A stretch of 64,000 nt of DNA, from assembly GCF_006345805.1 (NCBI RefSeq), contig NC_043009.1, forward strand, positions 41,850,001 to 41,914,000, given 5' to 3'. Source of the DNA: Octopus sinensis. Its lineage: Eukaryota. The notes beneath the pieces were generated by a model, which saw only the letters and a program-made list of their open reading frames with translations, did not search any database and was not told where the DNA came from. Below are positions 53,870 through 64,000 of this stretch, piece by piece (within the stretch, counting starts at the first letter, position 1; each line of letters begins with the position of its first letter). The translations under genes were made by a program, and so were the position numbers.

Positions 53870-54690
53870 GTTAACAACTAGGAAACAAGCAAAGAAACTT
53901 CCCTGAAAAAAATTTTCAACATTGCACATGTAGATGGAAAAGTAGCAACCATCGATTACATCGATATAATAGAGGAAGGCATAATGTCGTCCACTGATGA
54001 GATGAATTCAAACTCAGCAACGAGCTCTGATGGTTTTCCATTTGCTCTTTTAAAGCTATGCAAGAAAGCTATCCAAAACAACTGCAGATACTTTTGCAAA
54101 GATTCTTTGCCCGTGGAAAACTTCCCAATCTGTTAATAGACAGTATCATATACCCCGTCAATAAATGAGAAAGCAGAGCAGAGGCTAAAAATTACAGGCA
54201 TATCTCTCTGACTTTAGGTGTTAGCAAGGTCATGGAACGCATTGTTAGAAGGAGGCTGATCACGTTTTTGGAGGTGAACTAACGAAGAAAATACCACTCA
54301 AACACACAACATAGTTTCGTTTTGTATGGGAGCTGTTTAACATAACTATTACCGAATTATAACTGAATATTAAAACTGCTGTTTGAACCACTCAAATGTG
54401 ATATATCTCGACGTTGCCAAGTCTATTGACGCAGTTGATCATGAGATGATATGTCATAAACTGCGTAACCTAAGTATAATCGGAAGACTGTCTGACTTTC
54501 TAAAAGAATAGTTGAAGAATGTGATCCAGACGACTAGGGACGAAAGTTCTCCATACGCGTAGCATAGTATCTTTGGCTGGTTCTAGATGATCCCGAAATC
54601 TGTCAGCTACACGAATAAGCCTTGGAATGTTGCATCATTACTCAGACAGTTGCAGCCAATGGTGCTCTCTCTCTTGGGAGGCGTAAATTA
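53870..54690 (+). mobile_element. Older, heavily decayed CR1-group LINE RT fragment
   Basis: Colinear with 49314-49900 (aactcagcaacgagctctgatggttttcca = NSATSSDGFP; atatctctctgact; gttgatcatgagatgatatgtcataaactgcgt). Confidence 0.8.
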
Positions 54691-55189
54691 ACAACGGAAT
54701 CCCTTATAGTGATGTCGCGGCTATTCATTTTTGATGATAACGTTGGCCTAACGACGCCCTATAATTTAGTCAGTATGAGAGAGAAGGAAGTCACTGTATC
54801 TGCTCATAATAAGAGGATAGAATTCATGAGACGCTTGTAATAAGTCATAACTTTTATTAATGGAGGTAATGCGTTGATATACAAGGTTAATAGAAGGATG
54901 CTTATAATATTCCATGAATATGTTCTGCTTGCAGTCATATGTCTCCAAGTAAGAAATGTGAACGAGTACAGAGTGGGCGTGAAGTGCGGTGGCTCGATCC
55001 AGCATATATTGAACAACCAGCAGGTACTGAATGGCGCAAATTTATAATTTCTTTCCTTTATATAGGGATGGATCGGAAGTCACCGACTTCCACGTAAAAC
55101 TGGAAGCTTCCAAAAGAATCTCGAGCATTCTAGAAGCTCAAGGGAGATTACTCTCGTTACATCCCTTTTCCGTTTTGCTTGTCGTCGCA

Positions 55190-55345
55190 AGTGGAGGCGT
55201 GTTACTTCGTGGTTAGGGTGTCAGCATCATGATCGTAAGATTGTGTTTCGATTCCTTCCTTTCACGTTGCTCCAGTCCACTCAGCTGGCAAAAATGAGTA
55301 ACGTTGCGATGGGCTGGCGTCCCGTCCAGCTGGGGAAAACATACG
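55190..55345 (+). mobile_element. SINE family B, internally deleted
   Basis: ggcgtgttacttcgtggttaggg...tttcgattcc...ttcacgttgctccagtccactcagctggc. Confidence 0.75.
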
Positions 55346-55464
55346 CTAGGCTTTAAAAGGGCGCATTTACTTTTTATCTTTATTTGTCGTCGTAACCGCC
55401 AGGAGTCACTACACCTTCAAGAAAGGGTACTGGGATAAGGATCCGACAATGTAACATCTCGAAT

Positions 55465-55630
55465 TTCAGGGTCCCATAACTATTCATCATTCTACCAAAC
55501 AACCTGAGATTTGCAAGGTGTGGATGTGTAAGTCTTCAAAAACTGTCTGCACAAAGTTTTAGCTGAAATACCAGATGAACCCACATTTCGTCAGGAGGCA
55601 CAAAGAACGTCTCCGTCCAACTCCTTACGT
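55465..55630 (+). mobile_element. 3' end of the older CR1 copy
   Basis: Encodes ..VFKNCLHKVLAEIPDEPTFRQEAQRTSPSNSLRH, homologous to VFKSKLDIFLSRVPNEPTSRKEV..SNSILH of the 50.8-kb copy. Confidence 0.75.
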
Positions 55631-55737
55631 CACCCCAAAACAGTAGAGAAGAAACCAACGCACAGAAAGGCAGTGCCTCAACCTCTGGTTGAAACCAGAA
55701 AAGTTAAAAGATAAAATGTAAGTATATATACATATAT

Positions 55738-55804
<67 letters not shown>

Positions 55805-56109
55805 ATGCATATATATATATATATATATTTATACCATATATACTTTCTGGATATATATATATATATGGGGTGATTATAATCAAAATAAGCAACAAGGATA
55901 TCCAAACGTAGTGTAGTACAAACGTTTCATGCTACTTCATTTAATTAAACAATGTAAGTATTACATCAGTTTTAAAATCTAGAGCAATCTTCAGCCACAT
56001 ATGGAATTTTAAAATTAAATTGACAATGTTCATTTTTATGCTTATTCCATTTGCCAACATTACTTTAACTTAAGTACCATATTCGTCTGAATCTAAATTT
56101 TGCTGAACT

Positions 56110-56167
<58 letters not shown>

Positions 56168-56215
56168 GTGTAAGTAATGTTGTTATATATATATATAATA
56201 TATATATATATATAT

Positions 56216-56248
<33 letters not shown>

Positions 56249-56362
56249 GGTGGGAGATTCATACATATATATTTACATATATACGTACATACGTACATAC
56301 ATACACACATACATACATACATACATACATACATACATACATACATACATACATACATAACA

Positions 56363-56398
<36 letters not shown>

Positions 56399-57544
56399 TA
56401 TACACATATATACATTCATGTGTGTGTATGTGTGCCCGTGTTTGAATATTCTCATGTGCTCTTCACTGCACGTCAGCTAAACGGAGTTATCAAATATTAT
56501 AGAAGTTAGACTATTTGATTTAGTGTCATATATGATATCAGTATTTATGAGACATCATTATAGGTTCTCTCATATAAATAACAGTTTATATACTACAATC
56601 ACCTGAGATGAAATTATCGAAATGGTGAATAAATTTACTATTACTTCAACGGTTACCAGTACACAGTTGTTTGTATATTTCTGCTTTTGTGTCTTGGGGA
56701 AGGTTTACTCATTTCAGCATTCCTTACTTCCTAAAACGACACTGTATAGGTTAATAGGTAGCGGGGAGAAAATTGTATATGTTATATAAATGACTTAAGT
56801 GTTATGTGAACACAAATACAATACTGCGTATTTGTAGTCAATTGTGCACAAATAGTTTAAATTTTGTTGACGTACTGAATGTCATTTACATTAATATATT
56901 TATACGTGTCACAAGTACCTGGAGTACGTCACGTTTATTTTCGCGGGACCTATCTCTCCTGAAGACCTATTTAGATGTTGTTTCAGTTTATCTCCAATTG
57001 CTCTCCAGTACCAAATTTAAATGACCGTCTTGAAATCAATTTGTAATGTACTACAATAAAGGTATAATAAGTTACGAGATGTAATATGACATTTTTGAAA
57101 GAATAATGACTGTTGTGATTGTAAAAGCTCACGTAATAGATAAGAGCGTTGTAGTTTGCTTGAAATATTGTGATACAGAAGTAAAATAACAATAATGAAG
57201 GTGGAGAGATTCTAACTATACGAAAAGATTATGCAAATGCATGTAGCTTTATATCCTGTCATCACAATGTGATAGCTTTGTTAAGCTATACATAAAAACA
57301 ACTAGTAACAAGATTGTGTCGTGCTTCATTCAGCTACACATCGTGAGAGCGAATACCATCGACCAGCCAACGTCTCCGTCTCCCTTCCCGCCTAGCTGGA
57401 AGTCCCTTTCTCTGCCGATCAGCTCACTAGCTGCCCCGCAGTGAAGTTGCTGTCTACAGTGCGTTTACAGTCCTTGGACAGTGCTCTACAGTGTATTATT
57501 TTACATATAGTAATATTTATATTCTAATTAAAGCAGTGAATTTG

Positions 57545-57715
57545 CAGAGTCGTTTGCACACCGGGCAAATAATTAGCGGCATTTCGTCCGTCATTACATT
57601 TGTCTTTCATCCCTTTCGGAGTCGATAAAATAAATGTCAGTTGGGCACTGGGGGTCGATGCGGTCGACTAGCCTCCTCCACCGAAATTACCAGCCTTGTG
57701 CCAAAACTTGAAACC
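57545..57715 (+). mobile_element. SINE family C, diverged
   Basis: ccgggcaaataattagcggcatttcgtccg...tttcatccctttcggagtcgataaa...ttgtgccaaaa. Confidence 0.7.
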
Positions 57716-58407
57716 AATAGGTAAATTACTTATTAACTTTATTATCAAAACGATTTGTGTATAGAATTCTATTTGGCTTGTTATCCATCTGAGGTCGATA
57801 AAATAAAGTAACACATGATATCGGTTCCCACTGAAATTTGTGGTTCTGTACCTAGTCATGTAATAATTATCATTATGGGCTGTGGATTGACCGAATTATT
57901 AGTACTTTGAACAAGATACCTTCAAACATCCGTTCCGGCTGCTTACATTCTGATTTCAAATATCACCTACGCCTACATTACTTTTCATCCATCCTATACG
58001 AAAGAACGTAAAATTTCAGCTCTGGGGCAGATTTAATCGACTAGTCACCTCAAAGTATTTCAAACAACGTGTCAATGTTACAAACAATAACTTTTATTAC
58101 TAAATAATATATAATTTCAAGCTATGTCTGTTTTAGCCGTCTAAACTTACTCTCAAAGATTCGAGAATTTCATAGCACTGTACTATAAACGTCTACTAGA
58201 GGAATTGTAACGGTGGTCGTTCATATACATACTTATATTCGCATTCTTATGAGTGTATAGATACATACATTCATACACACATTCATACGTGCATAAATAC
58301 ATATATATGTATATATATATTTATATAAATGTATATATATATATATATACACTATATATGCATATATATATACTTATATATACATATATATACACATATA
58401 CATATAT

Positions 58408-58445
<38 letters not shown>

Positions 58446-58884
58446 AATATGTATATTTTTACATATATTTATACATACATATATACACACGCATATACAT
58501 ATATTTATATGTGTGTCAGTGTGTACTTGTATATAAGTATAAATATACATATACATATATATTTATATATATAAATAAGTATATATATATATACATTTAT
58601 GTATGTATGTACATGTATGTAAATACACACACACACACACTCGCATACACATATGACAGTTGTGACAATCTGTGTATATGTTTGTATGTCGATGTGTATG
58701 ATGTGTGTAATGTGTAATGTCTTCAATAGTACTCATTATTGTTTATGGGTGAGTAAACCCATCACTTTCTATGGTTTAAATCGCACTTGTCTAACAACGA
58801 ACGTCACGAAACCAACCTATCACCACCCACTCTATTGTAAACTATAAAAACAGACACAGCAAAGCAGCTTACAGCTTAGAGAAA

Positions 58885-58955
58885 GCAAAGTAATAATAAC
58901 ATTAACAATAATAACAATAATAATAATAACAACAACAACAATAACATAAATAACA

Positions 58956-58990
<35 letters not shown>

Positions 58991-59163
58991 TTAATAATAA
59001 TAATAGTAATAGTAATAATATTTATAGTAATAATAATAAAAAACAATAATAGTAATAATAATGATAATAAACAAAATAACAATAATGATAAAATAACAGC
59101 TACAGAAGCAACAACAACCAGAACAACAACAACAACAACAACAATAATGATAATAATAATAAC

Positions 59164-59237
<74 letters not shown>

Positions 59238-59290
59238 TAATAATGATAATAATAATAATAATAGTAATAATAATAATAATAATAATAACC
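58885..59290. repeat. Compound (AAT)n/(AAC)n microsatellite
   Basis: Direct reading. Confidence 0.95.
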
Positions 59291-59860
59291 AGAATTGACA
59301 ATGAAATAACTGCAACAAAGGACGATCAACACGTTGATGTCAACAATATCACATTTCGGTCATGTGTTACGTTGTGTACGTGTGTGTGAGTGTTTGTGTG
59401 TGAGCGTTTGTGTGTGTTTTTGTGTATGTGTTTATCTGTGTATGTGAGCGCATGCGTCTGCATGCGTTGCGTTTGTGTGTGTGTGTGACTATGTGCGTGC
59501 GAGACACAGCGTATATGTGTGTATGCGTGTGTGAGGTTGCAATATATTGTATGGCAAGCCATTTGATGTACATGAAAAATACTCTTTCATTGCCGAACAG
59601 CACACATATGGATATTTTCTTTGGCAATCAAAATAGTCTGGTTCATATGCACAAGCGTGTGCGTTCCTGTGTGTGTGTGTGTTTGTTTGTCAGTGTGTGT
59701 GTGCGTGTGTGTATGTGTATGTCTGTGTGTGTACAGTAGCAGACACCAGAACCGTTTCATTATTGTGTTCATACATCGTAAAATCTAGAAGTCACATTTA
59801 CTCATATACTACATACATACACAACTGCACGCATACATACGTAGATTTATACATGTACAT

Positions 59861-59895
<35 letters not shown>

Positions 59896-60548
59896 CATAC
59901 ACACACATATATACACATACATATATATATATATGTATATATGTGTATATATAAATATGTGTGTATATTATATATATATGTATATATATATATATATGCA
60001 TACATATATATGTATGCATGTATGTATATTAAAACTCTCAAACTACATGAGTGACTCAAAAGCCAAGAGTACACACGGATGTAGTTCCCGTTTAGTTCGA
60101 CAAGTGCTTCGGAACAGGAATCTGGATCTTTGAGCTTTACAGGTAATGCTCCGTTTATGTACACTGGCCAAGTTGCACATACATGCTGCCAGTAACCTAA
60201 TACAACACTGCTCATGATTGTTTTTAGCGGCGACTAAACCGGTAAACTTCCCAAGTTTGTTTTATCAAGAAAGCGATCTACAGAAATCCTGTCCGATCAA
60301 AGCCAGAACAAGGCCCGTGATTAATGATCTCAACAGCATTTTTATTCGATATATACATATGCGTATACACAGGGATTCCCAAAAATTGTTTTGTATTTTG
60401 AACGATTATAAAATCAGTGTTTATCAAAATTTCATTTCCAAAATTTTATACAATTTACAGGTAGAATTTGATCTTTCGTTTTTATGAGTGTCCGTTGTCA
60501 AATTGATAACAGACTCGAAATTCCTGCCTCACGACTTGCTTAACATAC

Positions 60549-60743
60549 AGATTATCTTGTATTCTGGAATTCGTTTCCGTACTGTTTCTTGGTTTGTAAG
60601 GCTCATTGATGCCCGTATACTTCCGGAATGCGTCTTGTAAACATTCTGAACTTTGAATTTAAGTGACGGTAAATTGCTTTCTTGGATCTCTCCTAAACTC
60701 CCTTCTAAATTATCTTTGTTCGTCGACAGCTTTTTAAAAATTT
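60549..60743 (-). CDS. Candidate internal coding exon of an unidentified gene (195 nt, phase 1-1)
   Basis: Acceptor cttacctttacatgctactag|, donor |gtatgt, length divisible by 3, open frame IFKKLSTNKDNLEGSLGEIQESNLPSLKFKVQNVYKTHSGSIRASMSLTNQETVRKRIPEYKII. No recognised homology. Confidence 0.3.
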
Positions 60744-61127
60744 CTAGTAGCATGTAAAGGTAAGTTCTTGCGTTCCAAGCAGTCTAAATCTCTTCGTCAT
60801 TTGTAATATGTTAAATCTAAAAAGAAATGAAAACTGTGTGAACTTTTTTAGGATTACACCGTGTACATATGCAAGTATTACATTCGTATTTTAGATACTT
60901 AATGTTGATTTTAATTGAAACTTTTCTTTGCTGTAGTACCTACTATATTCATTATATTTTTTTAAACTTATAATCAGTTGAGAGGCGAGAGAATATTTAG
61001 TATGTGCCACTCAGGTTGTCAAACAAAAAAAGAAAGAAAACTTATAGGCTAAATCTCGAGTACTTTTGCTCTCCATATATATTTCCCTGTCTTATACTTA
61101 AAATAAGAAACAACGGCGGTCTTTTCA

Positions 61128-61515
61128 TTTATAACCTTCGCTAAGGAAGGAGGTTATGTTTTCATCGGCGTTGGTCTGTCTGTCTGTCTGTCTGTGTGCA
61201 AAATAACTCAAAAAGCTGTGAACGGTATTTGATGAAACTTGAAAGAGAAGTTAGTAATGACAGAAGGAACAAAGGATAAAATTTTGGTAGTGATCCGTAA
61301 ACTTTTATGGATTCTTGAAGGATTTTTCTCTTGTTATATTTACTTTACATGAAGTATTACAATGTTACGTTCTTTTATTATCTCCCTTGAAAACGCTTCA
61401 TCGTTTCCACAAAACCTATGGTGGCGTTGCTGTTTCCAAAGTTTATTTTCCTTTCTCTATTAGTAATTTTATTCGCGTATCTATCTTAAAATGAGCTGCT
61501 TGGTGGAGGTCTGCG
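61128..61515 (+). mobile_element. Helentron-associated non-autonomous element (HINE/DINE-1-like), 3' hairpin missing
   Basis: 5' ccttcgctaagg and 3' cttggtggagg subterminal inverted repeats, plus a (GTCT)n microsatellite near the 5' end. Confidence 0.65.
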
Positions 61516-61519
61516 GAGG

Positions 61520-61600
61520 ATGACATGTCAAGTCTTGACTATTGGGATCGACTCAAAAAGCTCAGGTTTTTCTCCCTCCACCTCCGCTGTGAAACTAGCT
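61520..61600 (+). mobile_element. Short CR1 RT thumb fragment
   Basis: MSSLDYWDRLKKLRFFSL, compared with FSY*ERLKQLRLYSL in the 50.5-kb LINE. Confidence 0.55.
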
Positions 61601-61687
61601 TGCTGTTGTCATTGATGTATTATAACTGCTTCAGATTATTCCTGTTTCTAAGTTGTTTTTTTTTTAATCATAGGGCTGTGTTATTTG

Positions 61688-61820
61688 TTTTAACCCCGCC
61701 AAGGAGGTTATGTTTTTACCAGCGTTGGTTTGGGAAATTGGGCGATTTTCAGCATGCGTGTATATGGGTGGAAATGAGCTGCTTGGTGGAGGTCTGCGCT
61801 GTCCGAGTGCTTTTCTAGTT
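61688..61820 (+). mobile_element. Short HINE-like copy with complete 3' end
   Basis: aaccccgccaaggaggttatgttttt ... gcttggtggaggtctgcgctgtccgagtgcttttctagtt. Confidence 0.7.
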
Positions 61821-62074
61821 GCGATTGAAATCAAAATATCTTGCGTTTCTGTGATACGGTTATATCACATTTTCTATTGTTCTGTAACTCGTGGAGGTCC
61901 ATTATGTAGAGTTGCAACTTCGGAAAAGGAAAGGAGTACAAAAATTGCTCACATGCGATTTCGAGTCACTACCACACACACACACACACAAACACACACA
62001 CGCACGCACAATAGGTGAGCGCAAGATATGTTCAGTATAAAAAAATATTTAGATGATAATATGTGCTACAGAAT

Positions 62075-62180
62075 TTTGACGGATTCTTATCTCATCGAAC
62101 CACGGAAAGAGAATTGCTAAAGCGATGTGTTTTTATCATAGAAGAGGTAATTGAATACTACAGCACATTGTGGCACCCCA
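62075..62180 (+). mobile_element. Possible decayed CR1 fragment
   Basis: EYYSTLWHP resembles DYCSQLWS of the CR1 RT; weak. Confidence 0.3.
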
Positions 62181-62439
62181 GCGACCTATGTTTTATTAAT
62201 ATCCTCTCTAATTTAGGCACAAAATCAGAAGATTTTAGTGGGAGGTTAAGTCAATTATTTAGGGCCTAGTACTTGGCTGCCAATCATTTTGGCGTCTCGC
62301 AAAGGGTGAACTGCAAAGTTAACCTCAGCAGAATTTGAAGTCAGAATTTTGAAGAAGCAGTAGAAATGCTATTCAGCACTTTGTCTGACAAGTAGTGGAT
62401 TCCGCCAGCTCCTCACATTATTGTCGTTATTAATATTCT

Positions 62440-62650
62440 CAAATTTTAGCACTAGCACAGCAATTTCGAGGAAGGTCGTAAGTCGATTGCATCAACCGCA
62501 GTGATCAGCTGGTACTTATTTTATTGACTCCGAAAAAGATGAAAGTCAAAGTCGACCATGACGAAATTTGAAGTCTCGACCGTGAAAAACCAGAAGAAAT
62601 ACTGCTGAGCATTTTGTCCGACACTCAAACGATTCTGCCTGCTCGTTGCC
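62440..62650 (-). mobile_element. SINE family C, diverged
   Basis: ctggtacttatt..gactccgaaaaagatgaaagtcaaagtcgacc..aacgattctgcc. Confidence 0.7.
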
Positions 62651-62690
62651 TAATTGACGTTATTTATTATAAAACTCTATTAGCTATGCA

Positions 62691-62920
62691 TACTCTCTTT
62701 TACTATTTTACTTCTTTCAGTCATTTGACTGTGGCCATGCTGGAGCAACGCCTTTAGTCGAACACATCGACTTATTCTTTGTAAGCCTAGTACTTATTCT
62801 ATAGGTCTGTTTTGCCGAACCGCTAAGTTACGGGGACGTAAACATCGGTTGTCAAGTGATGTTGGGGGAACAAACACAGACACACAAATATATACACACT
62901 CACATAATACATACATATAC

Positions 62921-62985
<65 letters not shown>

Positions 62986-63220
62986 TATATATATATATAT
63001 ATATATATATATCATATATATATATATAGATATATATATATATATATACATGCGACGGGTTTTTTTTTTTCATTTTCCGTCGACGAAATCCACTCACAAG
63101 GCTTTGGCTGGCCCGAAGCTATAGTAAAAAGCACTTGTTCAAGGTGCCACGCAATGGGACTGAACCCGGATCCATGTAGTTCGTAAGCAAGCTACTTACC
63201 ACACAGCCAGTCTTACGCCT
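62691..63220 (-). mobile_element. SINE family A, full length, with internal (TA)n
   Basis: Reverse-complement colinear with 31132-31572. Confidence 0.88.
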
Positions 63221-63495
63221 ATGCACATATCCACAAGCATATATTCGTAACTCAGCAGGTGCATGTTTTAACCTACACTCACGCTACTCATATTAAAAGA
63301 TACACTCATACACAAACTCAATTACAAAAACATAAATAAAGCATTTCAAAATATCTTATTATGAATAGTTACAAAAATATGGTGAATAGAGTCTATTTCA
63401 TTCAGAACTCGGAGTTTTCTTCTTTAACAAGTATTGTTGTTGGTTTTTATCCAATGTTCTTTGTTTTTATTTTCTTATGTACATCTCTTTTCGTT

Positions 63496-63627
63496 TCTTT
63501 TTTTGTCTCTTACGTCTTCTTCTTCTTCTTCTTCTTCTTCTTCTTCTTCTTCTTCTTCTTCTTCTTCTTCTTCTTCTTCTTCTTCTTCTTTTCTTCTTCT
63601 TCTTCTTCTCTTCTTCTTCTTCTTCGT

Positions 63628-63658
<31 letters not shown>

Positions 63659-63750
63659 TTATTATTATTATTATTATTAGTAGTGTAGTAGTGGTAGTAG
63701 TAGTAGTAGTAGTAGTAGTAGTAATAGTATTAGTAGTAGTTATAGTAATA
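63496..63750. repeat. Compound (CTT)n(ATT)n(GTA)n microsatellite
   Basis: Direct reading. Confidence 0.95.
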
Positions 63751-63824
63751 TATCTACCTATCTGTCTCTGTCTGTCTGCCTGTTTCCCTATCTCTTTCTC
63801 CCTCTTTGTCACTCTCTATCACCC

Positions 63825-63855
<31 letters not shown>

Positions 63856-63927
63856 CACATATATATATAATTATATATATATGTATATACATGTGTGTAT
63901 CTAAAGATATGTATGTATATGTGTATA

Positions 63928-63965
<38 letters not shown>

Positions 63966-64000
63966 CATACATATATATATAGAGAGAGAGAGTGAAAGTG

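Noticed and set aside
60030-60270. Minus-frame LVAAKNNHEQCCIRLLAA, ankyrin-like
   Set aside because: In-frame stops immediately upstream, no usable acceptor in phase, and a single partial repeat.

Overview
AT-rich, microsatellite-saturated eukaryotic DNA, most consistent with an octopus or other coleoid cephalopod. That assignment is an inference from the SINE families and repeat load. The window is almost entirely intronic or intergenic, and nearly all listed ORFs are microsatellite artefacts. No host gene, rRNA, true tRNA or CRISPR could be supported. Mobile elements: three tRNA-derived SINE families in many copies (A: head gcgcaggagtggctgtgtggtaag with an internal microsatellite; B: head gcgtggcttagtggttag; C: head aggcggcgagctggcagaa; probably the known octopus SINEs, exact names unverified); a near-intact 5'-truncated CR1-type RT (49314-50965) plus older CR1 debris; an R4/Dong-type RLE LINE; a Tc1 transposon with DD36E spacing; a hAT MITE with TIRs and an 8-bp TSD; Helentron-associated (DINE-1-like) elements; an L1/Tx1-like remnant; and Penelope-like fragments including a GIY-YIG domain. 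The most interesting signal is RNA structure the ORF track cannot show: a head-to-head pair of type I hammerhead ribozymes (14564-14691), a nearby hammerhead-like fold with the core C3:G8 pair swapped to G3:C8 (14166-14216), and a third degenerate hammerhead-like family (53.8 kb and 44.9 kb). SINE boundaries are approximate (about 10-20 nt).
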